Source of the DNA: Squalus acanthias
Lineage: Eukaryota
Assembly: GCA_030390025.1 (NCBI GenBank)
Contig: JASTWF010000036.1
Coordinates: 3,412,001 to 3,476,000, forward strand
Direction: 5' to 3'
Length of the DNA stretch: 64,000 bases
Below are positions 24,716 through 36,548 of this stretch, piece after piece. Numbering within the stretch: the stretch's first letter is position 1; each line of letters opens with the position of its first letter. The notes below the pieces were generated by a model that was not told the DNA's origin, did no database searches, and saw only the letters and a list, made by a program, of their open reading frames with translations. Both the position numbers and the translations under genes were made by a program.

Positions 24716-25584
24716 GGAAAAAGTTTTAAACCAGTGGGATTGAGTCAACTGCCTGGATCATTTATGCACTTGAACTTCAGAGTTTAAAAATTTAGCTGGT
24801 TATCACTTGCAATTATACTCCAGCTGATGTACAGTGCAAGTGGTGTGAGGTCACCTCTTCATCTGGCTTCTGGCACCAAACTGGTGATTTCTGAGAAATG
24901 GGAGCATTCTACGCATGTTTGGTGTGGCATAACGTTTTGTACCACACCCTGTGACCCATAGTAAAGTTAAACCTGGACCACCAGGGCACATAGTCTTTTT
25001 TTTTAATTTTCTCTTTCTATAAAATGTCCCTTTTACTTTCTCTCATACGTTGAAAGATTATCTCGGTGGGAAGTATTTGGCTCCCAACCTTCTGCCTTTT
25101 ACAAAAAAATTATTTTTTCCATCTGTTCCCTGACCAAAATCATGTGCATGTTTTTGGAAAACTGCAAGGCCCATTCGGTGCTACAAACAGCCGCTTGCCT
25201 TTTTAAGTTCCCACGTCTAGCTTGGTTTTCCCTCGTGCTCATGACTGGTGTTTGTTTTTGGTATTCCAGTTCAGAGCCGTTTTTTTTTATTGCTGGTCCC
25301 ACCCTTGGACTGATTCAGACCAGCTCTCGTCATTTTTTCCAGTTTCCCACTAATAAAATCTTGCAATTGTGCTTTAGTGGAGTGAGGTTTACAATGTCTT
25401 GAGCTGCCTACAGTGGCCGGCAGCTGTGGGAGGCTGAGACTGAGATTTGGCAACAGCGAAATTCTCCAGTAACGTGCCAATAGTTTTTAACCCTTTCCTT
25501 CAAAATCTAACATCTTGTATATTTAAAAAAAAAATCAGCCAAAATATTGAAAGTGAAACTTTGAATGATCCACTTGTTAAATAC

Positions 25585-25995
25585 CAACAGGCTTGATTTA
25601 TCCGATGCTCTCCTGGCCGGCCTCCCATCCATAAATTCCAGCTCATTCAAAACTCTGCTGCCTGTATCCAATCCCGGACCAAGTCCCACTCGTCCATCAC
25701 ACTCATCCTTGCTGATCTACATTGGTTCCCAGTCTCCTCGCACTGCCAATTTAAAATTCTCATCTTTGTGTTTGAAATCCATTCTTGGCCTCGCCCCTCC
25801 TATTTCTGTAACCTCCTCCAGCCCTACACCCCCTCCCCCAAACTCTCTGTTCCTTTTGCCCCTGGCCTCTTGTGCTTCCTCCTCCCTTCGCCCCACTATT
25901 GGCAGCTGTGCCTTCAGCTGCTTACGCCCCATTTACTGGAATGCCCTTCGTAAACCCCACTGCCTCACCATCTTGGGAGATTTTAAGATGTTAAA
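25585..25995 (+). mobile_element. Old L2 3' fragment; its tail is split by the LINE at 25996-27895 and resumes at 27896-27925
   Basis: RLDLSDALLAGLP. The tail reads ...GATGTTAAA | GGTGCTATATAAAT across the insertion. Confidence 0.75.
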
Positions 25996-27895
25996 AGCAT
26001 GCTGTAGACAGAGTGAAGCAATCCCACAATCAGCGGATCAGATCAAAGCTCTGCAGTCCTGCCACATCCAGTCGTGAATGGTGGTGGACCATTAAACAAT
26101 TAACGGGAGGAGGAGGAGGCTCCATGAATATCCCCATCCTCAATGATGGTGGAGCCCAGCACCTGAGTGCAAAAGACAAAGCTGAAGCGTTTGCAACCAT
26201 CTTCAGCCAGAAGTGCCGAGTGAATGATCCATATCGGCCTCCTCCTGCGGTCCCCACCACCACAGAAGCCAGTCTTCAGCCAATTCGATTCACTCCACGT
26301 GATATCAAGAAACGGCTGAGCGCACTGGATACAGCAAAGGGTATGGGCCCCGACAACATCCCGGCTGTCGTGCTGAAGACTTGTGCTCCAGAACTAGCCG
26401 CGCCTCTAGCCAAGCTGTTCCAGTACAGCTACAACACTGGCATCTATCCGACAATGTGGAAAACAGCCCAGGTATGTCCTGTCCACAAAAAGGACAAATC
26501 CAATCCAGCCAATTACCGCCCCATCAGTCTACTCTCAATCATCAGCAAAGTGATGGCAGGTGTTGTCGACAGTGCTATCAAGCAGCACTTACTCACCAAT
26601 AACCTGCTCACTGATGCCCAGTTTGGGTTCCGCCAGGACCACTCGGCTCCCGACCTCATTACAGCCTTGGTCCAAACATGGACAAAAGAGCTGAATTCCA
26701 GAGGTGAGGTGAGTGGCTGCCCTTGACATCAAGGCAGCATTTGACCGAGTGTGGCATGAAGGAGCCCAAGTAAAACTGAAGTCAATGGGAATCGCGGGGG
26801 CGAACTCTCCACTGGCTGGAGTCATACCTCGCACAAAGGAAGGTGGTTGTGGTGGTTGGAGGTCAATCATCACAGCCCCAGGACATCGCTGCAGGAGTTC
26901 CTCAGGGCAGTGTGCTAGGCCCAACCATCTTCAGCTGCTTCATCAATGACCTTCCCTCCATCATAAGGTCAGAAGTGGGGATGTTCGCTGATGACTGCAG
27001 AGTGCTCAGTGCCATTCGGAACTCCTCAGATAATGAAGCAGTCCATGCCCGCATGCAGCAAGACCTGAACGACATTCAGGCTTGGGCTGATAAGTGGCAG
27101 GTAACATTCGCGCCACATAAGTGCCAGGCAATGACCGTCTCCAACAAGCGAGCGTCTAACCACCGCCCCTTGACATTCAACGGCATTACCATCGCCGAAT
27201 CCCCCACCATCAATATCGTGGGGGGTCACCATTGACCAGAAACTTAACTGGACCAGCCACATAAATACTGTGGCTACAAGAGCAGGTCAGAGGCTGGGTA
27301 TTCTGCAGCGAGTGTCTCACCTCCTGACTCCCCAAAGCCTTTCCACCATCTACAAGGCACAAGTAAGGAGTGTGATGGAATACTTTCCACTTGCCTGGAT
27401 GAGTGTAGCTCTTAACAACACTCAAGAAGCTCGACACCATCCATCCAATACAAAGCAGCCCGCTTGATTGGCACCCCATCCACCACCTTAAACATTCACT
27501 CCCTCTACCACTGGCGTACCGTGGCTGCAGTGTGTACCATCTACAAGATGCACTGCAGCAACTCGCCAAGGTTTCTTCGACAGCACTTCCCAAACCCGCG
27601 ACCTCTTCCACCCAGAAGGACAAGGGCAGCAGGCGCATGGGAACACCACCACCTCCAAGTTCCCCTCCAAGTCACACACCATCCTGACTTGGAAGTATAT
27701 CGCCGATCCTTCATTGTCGCTGGGTCAAAATCTTGGAACTCCCTCCCTAACAGCACTGTGGGAGAACCTTCACCACACGGACTGCAGAGGTTCAAGAAGG
27801 CGGCTCACCACCACCTTCTCCAGGGCAACTAGGGATGGGCAATAAATGCTGGCCTTGCCAGCGACGCCCACATCCCAGGAACGAAAAAAAAAAAA
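25996..27895 (+). mobile_element. 5'-truncated CR1/L2-group (Crack/Daphne-like) LINE with a poly(A) tail
   Basis: KGMGPDNIP, NYRPISLLS, QFGFRQ, GVPQGSVLGP and MFADDC over several frameshifts; AATAAA followed by an A-run at the 3' end. Confidence 0.9.
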
Positions 27896-27974
27896 TGGTG
27901 CTATATAAATAAAAGTCATTGTTGAAAATGCAGTGCATCATAAAAATTACATTTTGATTTGCTACTGCAGTGGT

Positions 27975-28440
27975 CAAACTCCTTATGTAGTCTTAAACCA
28001 TACAGATCAAAAGATCCTGAGTTGATCCCCAGTCTGGCTAAGTTAGCTCATCTCAAACAGTGCAGCAGTTGGGGCGCTACAGTTGGTCTCAATGCCTCTG
28101 GGCTATGAAGTGGAAAATCAGGGATCTTATTCTATATAAAAACAGAAAATGCTGGAGACACTCAGCAGGTCAGGCAGCATCTGTGAAGAGAGAAACAGAG
28201 TCAACATTTCAGGTCGATGACCCTTTGTCAGAACTGACGAAGGGTCATCGACCTGAAACGTTGACTCTGTTTCTCTCTTCACAGATGCTGCCTGACCTGC
28301 TGAGTGTCTCCAGCATTTTCTGTTTTTATTTCCGATTTCCAGCATCTGCAGTATTTTCTTTTTGTATTGGTATCTTATTCTAGATGTCGTTCAGGGACCT
28401 CTGCCCGAAAGTGCGCATATGTGGGAATCCAGTGAGGGCA
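27975..28440 (+). mobile_element. Ancient tRNA-type SINE interrupted by the Penelope palindrome
   Basis: B-box-like GAGTTGATCCCC and GTTAGCTCATCTC; the body resumes after 28369. Confidence 0.55.
28135..28368. mobile_element. Penelope-like element terminal fragment inserted as a palindrome; TSD ATCTTATTCTA
   Basis: Arms 28136-28231 and 28234-28329 (2 mismatches). The sequence matches the Penelope end at 43208-43330. TSD at 28124-28134 and 28372-28382. Confidence 0.88.
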
Positions 28441-29584
28441 TGATCAGTCTCTGCTATGATTCCCCCACTGTGGAATAGCTGAACAATACTCCCCATCTGA
28501 GCTTGCACGTTAAAAATGGCCACTGGGCTCAAACCCCGGTGGGTTGTCATTGTCTGAAACCAAAGTGTGAATCTGTACATTCAGGAAAAGAGGCACGCGA
28601 ATTGGATGGGAAGCAAGGCTTGTAACATACTCGAGGGGCTGGTAGGATAGTGCCTGTGCTCTTGTTGCCGCGGTCGATCCAGTATTTATAGCTGTTAATA
28701 TAAAGCAGTGCGTTACTCCTAACTCATGAGAATTAATAACTGCGATCATAGTATAAATGAAATACATATAAGTACTAGAATGTGTCTTGTTTGTCCAGTG
28801 ACCCTTGTGACCAACTCGGCATGAGCAATTAGCTGGGGTAGCGTGAATGTACTTGCTACTGGTTTAAGAGTTTATCTCCGTTTTGTTTTCCAAGTCCCAC
28901 CAGCATTCAGATCTCATCTATACGTTTTTATGCAGTGTAGAAAAACCTTGTTTGCACCCCCAGATTTACAGTTAATAGAAGCACTTTGGAGGTGTGCCTT
29001 TTTCACTGGATTTTACAGGATCATAATGCAGTAGAGGTGTGTACAATCTGCATCAATTTTGTTTCCTGTCAGACATTGCTATCAAATTGATGTTTTTATA
29101 AGAATGATTGTCATTTACCAATAACCATGATATTTCAGAATATATCAATAATACCGTCATGTATTGTGAAAATGTATATATTTTTAAATTCCCTCTCAAT
29201 GTAAGATCACAGTGACAAGGCTTCATTATGAGCTCAACCTTTGCCCTCGTGATTTATGACATCATCTGACCCCTTAATTCAATTCCTGTCTTGTGTCTCA
29301 CTGCCCGTTATCTATTGACCTCTGTGTGTATCCATATATGCACATACTTCCATTTATTTTTCCGCTGTATCCTCTCTTCCCATCATCTGGTGACTAGAAA
29401 GCTCAAATGGGAGAGAGAAATGTGGGAACTTTAGCTGCTAGACTGTCGTACTCTTGGGGATTCAGATGACTGTATAAACAGCTTAATCTTCACTCTTGTG
29501 TATATTTCCAACATTTTTTGTGTTTACACAAGATCTGCCACATCTGAAAGAAAAAAGATAAGCTAGTATTTCCCATGAAGATGT

Positions 29585-29710
29585 TCAGTCCTGAGGAAGG
29601 GTCTTTACCTGGGAAGCGAGCCTGTCTTTTCTCTAAGCAGCTGCTGGATGGACCTGCTGTGTATTTCCACCATTTCTGTTTTTACTTAACTCCAACATTT
29701 GTAGTTTTTG
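29585..29710 (+). mobile_element. Old Penelope terminal remnant
   Basis: CTGAGGAAGGGTC...GACCTGCTGTGTATTTCCACCATTTCTGTTTTTA resembles 43208-43330. Confidence 0.5.
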
Positions 29711-29809
29711 TTACTTCTCTTCACTGATAGTTTGCTCTATCCTACTAACCCCTCAGGTTTTTACAAGGCTTGTAACATACTCATCAGGTTTTATTCTCTT
29801 TGATATGAA

Positions 29810-29965
29810 TACATAGAATTACATCATGTCTACAGCACAAACCGGCCATACGGCCCAACTGGTCCATGCCGGTGTTTATGCTCCACACGAGCCTCCTCCC
29901 ACCCCTCTTCATCTCACCCCATCAACATATCCTTCTATTCCTTTCTCCCTCATGCATTTACCTAT
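29810..29965 (-). mobile_element. CR1 3' tail
   Basis: Reverse complement of 15153-15275. Confidence 0.75.
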
Positions 29966-30779
29966 CTATACAATGCATATGAACTGTATATTGTAATGCT
30001 ATAATACTGTTCGACACAGACCACCAGATAATAGAGCTGCAAAATCAAACTCATGAACTTGGCCAGTGTGATTTAAGACTGAACTGGGGTTTCAGATTTT
30101 GTGTAACCTGGTACATCTCTGTCCAACAAGAAATCCAAACCTACATCGGAGGAAAGAACATTGAACAGAGCCAACATTTCACTTGCACAGCACTATTTTG
30201 AACTTGGCTACAGGGTATTTGGGCTGGGGGGTCAGTTTGGTTGAGCTGGACTGAGCTTGCTTTAGTCATTTCAAATGAGTTTCAGCCTACCCTGACTGTA
30301 CTCTTGGACACCAGGTATCCCACAACTGGTGCCGGTCTTTTCCCACCTCTGACTAACCGAAGTTGGAGCTAGGAAAAGCGACGCTGAGGGTGGCATGGAT
30401 TATTAAACTCTGGGAATGTCGTTGTAATGTCTCAAAGATCCCGTGCTCGGTCATTACTGAACTGCAGGATAATACAGTAGCTGTCAGCCCCTTAAAACAT
30501 ACAAATTTAACCATTAGTTTACTGAATAGAACTAAAGTGTTTTTAAAAATTGCACTGAAGTTGAACTCTATACTTGAATTTTGTTTTATGCAGTCTCTTT
30601 TGTGCTCTTCCTTCCTATATCGATTAATTATCTTGGGAGACAGAGTGAAAATTCTGAAGTTATGTGGCTGGGATTGTTCTTTTTGTCTGGTATTCATAAA
30701 CCATGATGGTCATGATGACCCTTTTTTCGTTCTGTCAAAATCGCAACTGATTTTTAATTTTCTCTTTTTCACTCTTTCT

Positions 30780-30824
30780 CACGCGCGCTCTCACACGCTC
30801 GCTCTCACACACTCTCTCTCTCAC

Positions 30825-30870
<46 letters not shown>

Positions 30871-30885
30871 CACACACACACACCC
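30780..30885. repeat. Compound (CT)n(CA)n microsatellite
   Basis: Directly visible dinucleotide runs. Confidence 0.95.
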
Positions 30886-31509
30886 CTTCCCTCTCCAACA
30901 TTCACACAAGGTGCTCCAGCTTGCCTGCTGCCACCTTCATTTGCACCATTTAATAACTGTCTTTGGTCACCGTGTCAAATAGTATTCTTCAGTGGTATGG
31001 GAAAGAACCCTGCCCCACAGTCCCAAATTATCTACCTGAGACTGCTAGATCTGGACTACTTAATTTCCAGAAAAGTGCAGTTGTGGTCTTGAAAGGAACT
31101 GCAAAATCATCACACAAAATGGTGGATGAATCTTTCTAGTTATTCCAACTCGCCTGAGTAAGGTCCAGATGGTGGGGGAAAGAAATGCCAGTTAATATTC
31201 CAACAAGCTAATATTTAATAGTGAGCATTCAGATCCCAGTGCATTGGATCCAAGATGAACTTGCACCACAGTGCAGTGAGGGAGCACTATAATGGTAGAG
31301 GAACCATGCTTTGAACTGGACATTAAACCATTCCGCAATCCTTGTGGAAGACAATAGCAAGGGTTAGCCTGGCATTGGAGCTGATGTTCCTTAGAAAAAG
31401 CTTCCTAATTAACAGGGACATCATAAACTCGTGGTGTCCTCATATTGATCTATGCTTTTTAAATTTTTAAATAAGATGCAAGAAGCAGATCTCCTTCCAC
31501 TGTACCCAC

Positions 31510-32270
31510 AATGCTTGGCTGAGTGAGTAACTACACCACCTGGTGTATTGGGCCATGTAGACCAGGATGTGCAAGGTTTAATGCCCTGGCTCTGTGCTGA
31601 GTCGGCTAATCTCCGAGGGGGCACGACAGGTGGGCTCAGTGACCCTGGGGTTGCAAAGTACAGCCAGGGTTCTTGCTACAGGAAACTCTCTTTTAACCGG
31701 CACCCAAATAACCGGAAATCTCTCTTAACCGGCAAAATTCTTGAGTAGGTAACCGGGGTTTTCCTTCATCTCTCCTTTAAAAATAACTTTTAAAAAAACC
31801 CCGAGGCGTTTGCCTTGTATCGGAGCATGTAGATTGGGAGGGGAATGTGCAGCCCGGGTAGGCAGCGGACACGACAGATGGTCAACTGGCGGTCCCCGGG
31901 GAGACGGAGCTCCGAATGCAGGCGCATGTCAATGTGTACGGGGCTCTTGTACGTTGGGAGATATAACTCTCCATTATCCGGACTTTCTGATTAACCGGCA
32001 CCATGCCGGTCCCGTCGGTGCCGGTTAATAAAGAGTTTCCTGTATCTAGTGACTACTGCTGGAAAGTGTGCAGCAGCACGGGTGGACGTTGAGTAAGGAC
32101 AGGATCAAGCTTAGCTGTGAGGCTTTGGCAACGGTCTTTTGATACTCATTGTTCTGACTCAACACGTGAGAATAGACGTTTGTGTGAGATACTGGAGAGC
32201 TGTCAGCAACTGTAGAATTGTAACCCAGCAACGGTACTTGACATGGAATTTAAGAAGTGGTGCTCAGCCC
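31510..32270 (+). mobile_element. Ancient tRNA-type SINE interrupted by a Tigger-like MITE
   Basis: A-box-like TGGCTGAGTGAG and B-box-like GGTTTAATGCC; the body continues after 32044. Confidence 0.55.
31679..32042. mobile_element. Tc1/mariner-superfamily (pogo/Tigger-like) MITE
   Basis: TA|CAGGAAACTCTCTTTTAACCGGCACC ... GGTGCCGGTTAATAAAGAGTTTCCTG|TA, with repeated subterminal TAACCGG/TATCCGG. Confidence 0.88.
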
Positions 32271-33654
32271 CCTCCCTCCACCACCTCACCGCTTTTGTAC
32301 CTTTAGCTCTGTCCCTGCAATGTTTGACTCCGCCCGACAACAACAACTTGCATTTATATAGCGCTTTTAATGTACCTGGGTGTCGAGAACTGGTGAAATG
32401 TTCCTGCCCAACAAGAATCGTCACCTTCAGGAAAGGAGCGCAGAACATTGGAGTTGGGGAATTTTAGTATGTAAATATTAATACATTACAGTACATGACT
32501 ATAGCTAATAGCAGAGAAATTGTGTTTTTTTTTGCTGCGCTTTAGCTTGTAAGTATGCAGCTGAACAAACTTTGTTAATCCCAAGACCATATCTTAAAAT
32601 AAATGGGAAAAGATCACTGTTGGTTCTGAGGTGCAGATGCTAAGCATGTTTCACAAGGGGCTTCTGTGACTCTCATGTGATTTATGTTCCAGATTTGAAC
32701 TGTTCCTCCATAAAAACAAATCAAGCAAATCTTCTCTACACGAAGTATCATGCCAAGCAAAATAATAAATTAATAAAGCCTAAAATATCTTGAATGCTTT
32801 GTTTTCATGTCTCTGAATCTGAAACATTTGAAACGGGGTAATCTTTTAAACTTCACTCGTTGTGACTTGACTTTTTTTTTGTGGGAAGTGTAAGTAGCGT
32901 ACTGGAAATCGGAAGGGCATTCTCTGATAATCTGCGTCCACCCAGTCCATTCATGTTGGTTTATATTGGCATTCGTCTGAGATGGGTAATGGGAGTGGAA
33001 TGTGGACTTCAAATAACAAGACTGCAAGGAGCGCAGTACACAATGCTTTAAAAGAAGTGTTTCTCCCAGGGACTGGGTGTGCCATTTAGGCCTTATTTAT
33101 ATGGTGCAGTCGTTCTACTGAATCATGTTACAATTGCATGTATTTCAGGCCCTCCTTCCTTCGATAGATACAAGATTGCTCTAGAAGTATCCTATTTGAA
33201 CATCCATAGAGATTACCAATTGATCAAATCAATTTTCAAGGCGCAATATTGAATGATTTCACACAGCATGCTCAATAGTGGAGACTATCCACAGAAGGCA
33301 GTAAAATGATACCATTAAGCATATGTCATATCACAGTATTGGAAGTGGTTCAGGGAGGGACGTTTTCATGCATCTGACAAGTCAGATTTTTTACATAGCA
33401 GTAGGAGGAAATGCAAAAATTCCAAATTTATTTTGACATGGATATTACCCAAGATAACTTAATTTTTAAAAATGCATTCAGTCTATCTTGCCAACCCTTA
33501 GACCGCAGCATATAAATGGAAAGCAAAACCATTAATGTAGGATTTTTTCCCCCTCCATTTTTCTTCACTCATCTCCTGAAGCCAGTACTTTTCTGAGGTA
33601 CAGTTCCACAAGCGCCAATTGCGAATTTACCTGAGCCATCAGAAGAGCTCATTA

Positions 33655-33975
33655 ATGTAACCTCCTCCAGCCCTCCGAGATCTCTGCGCGCCTCCAATTC
33701 TGGCCTCTTGCGCATCCCTGATTTCCATCACTCCACCATTGGCCGTGCCTGGGCCCGAAGCTCTGAAATTCCCTCCCTAAACTTCTCATAGAAACATAGA
33801 AACATATACTTCTCTCTCCTCCTTTAAGACGCTCCTTAAAACTTACTTCTTTGACCAAGCTTTTGGTCATCTGCCCATATATCTCCTTATGTGGCTTGGT
33901 GTCATTTTGTTTGATAACGCCTTGGGATGTTTTACTACGTTAAAGCTGCTATATAAATGCAAGTTGTTGTTGTTC
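33655..33975 (+). mobile_element. L2 3' fragment
   Basis: Matches the L2 3' UTR and ends GCAAG(TTG)n. Confidence 0.85.
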
Positions 33976-34367
33976 GGTTACTGCAGTGATAATTCCCATT
34001 GTGTGACCTGATTCAAAGATGGATTTTTGAATGGCATGAGGGTTACCATTTACAGTCAACTCCACCTGAAGGGTTACGCGGTTCACAAATTGGTGTTTGT
34101 AGGATGGCGGCAGGGCACATTGACCTAACAATACAAGCAGGCTGCTGCTGCCTGAAGCTGTGCAGCACATCGAGCAATCTCAATGTACTCTTCTCTGTTT
34201 GGTTGGACAGCTACATATTCTTCGAGCTGAGTGCTTGTTGCAGATGTGCGAAAGGCAAAAGCAAACTTGGCGTGTCTCCTTTGGGACTGCAGTCTGGGAG
34301 ACCACAATAACCATGACTAGCCTCCCAGTCCCAGAGGACCCAAGGCCAATGCTTGTTGGGCATAGTG

Positions 34368-34836
34368 TCAGCTATGGCTCAGTGGGTAGCACACTCGCCT
34401 CTGAGTCAGAAGGTCGTGGGTTCAAGTCCAACTCCAGGGACTTGAGCATATAAAGCTAGGCTGACACTCCCAGTGCCGTGCTGAGGGAGTGCTGCACTGT
34501 CGGAGGTGCCGTCTTTCGGACGAGACATTAAACCGAGGCTCGTCTGCTCTCTCAGGTGGACATAAAAGATCCCATGGCACTATTTCGAAGAAGAGCAGGG
34601 GAGTTATCCCCGGTGTCCTGGCCAATGTTTATCGCTTAACCAACATAACATAAAAAAACAGATTATCTGGTCATTATCACATTGCTGTTTGTGGGAGCTT
34701 GCTGTGTGCAAATTGGCTGCCGCGTTTCCTACATTACAACAGTGACTACACTTCAAAAGTACCTCATTGACTGTAAAGCACTTTGGGACATCCGGTGATT
34801 GTGAAAGGCGCTATATAAATGCAAGTCTTTCTTTCA
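34368..34836 (+). mobile_element. Full-length DeuSINE (SacSINE1-like): tRNA head, Deu core, L2-derived tail
   Basis: A box TGGCTCAGTGG, B box GGTTCAAGTCC, Deu core TAAAAGATCCCATGGCACTATTTCGAAGAAGAGCAGGGG, tail AAAGGCGCTATATAAATGCAAG. Confidence 0.88.
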
Positions 34837-35614
34837 TAGTCACTGTACAGAGAGAGGACCCCTACAGTACGCAGAACAGCATTTCTGTATTTTCCCCAGC
34901 TCCGGGAAATGTGTCGTTGGTTGAAAGTCACAATTCACAAATTTATAAGTAACTCTCTGAAATTTCACTTCTGCCTGCTGGACTTTTTGCCCAGTAATTG
35001 TTCCTAATACAGCAATACTTACTATGATTTTTTTTTCAGAAGTGTCCAATTACATTAAGTTTTATTCTGTGACTGAACATTTTTTTTGTTTGAAAACAAC
35101 AACCTTTTTGTTTTAATTTATGTACCAATAGATTCCACCTCTAATAATAGCCTGAATGATGTGTATATTTTTTAGAATCTGCCCTGTATATGGAACCTTT
35201 GAACTCCTACTATAATTACTTGCACCATGCGTCTGTAATGAACTAACATCTGGTACTTATTGTAAGCCATTCAGTTGCATCTTGATAAATACGGAACTAG
35301 TTTGCTCAGCTTTTATACTTTGATCAAAGTGCATTGCATACACAAAAATGAGCAATTTGCAGTATCCGTACAGTCCCTTATTTAATCATTTGGTTACTGA
35401 ATCGATTTGTAAAATGAGGCAGTGTGCTGACAGTGGCATCGGTGATGAATGATGAATGATGAAAGCTTCAATGATTGCGAGGGGTGGGGTGAAATTTTCG
35501 CAGCAAGTTCTCCAATGCTGTAAATAATATTTGAACCATCAACCCAATACTTTTTTTTAGATCTAATTACGGAGCCTCCTCAAGTAGAAGCAATTCAGTC
35601 ACGTATAGAGACTG

Positions 35615-36548
35615 TTAGCCGTGGATCAGTTGGTCACACCCTCGCCTCTGAGTTAGATGGTCGTGGGTTCACAACAATCTAGGCTGACACTCCAGTGCCG
35701 TGCTGAGGGAGCGCTTCACTGTAGGAGGTGCTGTCTTTGGGATGAGACGTTAAACCGAGGCCCTGTCTGTTCTCTCAAGTGGACATAAAAGATCCTATGG
35801 CACTATTTCAAGGAAGAGCAGGGGAGTTCTCCCAGTGTCCTGGTCAATATTTATCCCTCAACCAACATCACTAAAACAGGAAAGATGTGATTGCACTAGA
35901 GAGGGTACAGAGGAGATTTACAAGCATGTTGCCGGGAGTAGAGAATCTTAGCTATGAGGAAAGACTGGATAGGCTGGGTCTGTTTTCCTTGGAACAGAGG
36001 AGGCTGAGGGGAGACCTTATTGAGGTGTATAAAATTATGAGGGGCCTAGATAAAGTGGACAGGAAGGACCTATTTCCCTTAGCAGAGAGGTCAAAAACCA
36101 GGGGGCACAGATTTAAAGTAATTGGTGGAAGGTTTAGAGGGGATTTGAGGGGAAATTTCTTCACCCAGAGGGTTGTGGGGGTCTGGAACTCACTGCCTGA
36201 AAGGGTGGTAGAGGCAGAAACCCTAACCACATTTAAAAAGTGCTTGGATGTGCACTTGGGATGCTCTAACCTGCAGGGCTACGGACCAAGAGCTGGGAAG
36301 TGGGATTAGGCTGGATAGCTCTTTGTTGGCTGGTGCGGACACGTGGGCCGAAATGGCCTCCTTCCGTGCTGTAACTTTCTATGATTCTATGATTATCTGG
36401 TCATTATCACATTGCTGGTTGTGAGAGCTTGCTGTACGCAAATTGGCTGCCGCGTTTCCTACATTACAACAGTGACTACACTTCAAAAAGTACTTCATTG
36501 GCCGTAAAGCGCTTTGGGACATCCTGAGGTTGTGAGAAGTCTTTCTTT
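35615..36548 (+). mobile_element. DeuSINE split by a CR1 insertion
   Basis: 35615-35879 plus about 36390-36548 reconstitute the 34368 copy. Confidence 0.85.
35880..36392 (+). mobile_element. CR1 3' fragment
   Basis: ALERVQRRFTSMLPG...RGNFFTQRVVGVWNSLP; tail TTCTATGATTCTATGATT. Confidence 0.9.

Noticed and set aside
28060..28383. Two ORFs on opposite strands with near-identical peptides
   Set aside because: A consequence of the DNA palindrome, not of genes.
30363..30953. 196-aa plus-strand ORF
   Set aside because: Runs through a CT/CA microsatellite (SLSL/HTHT) and has no protein-like features.
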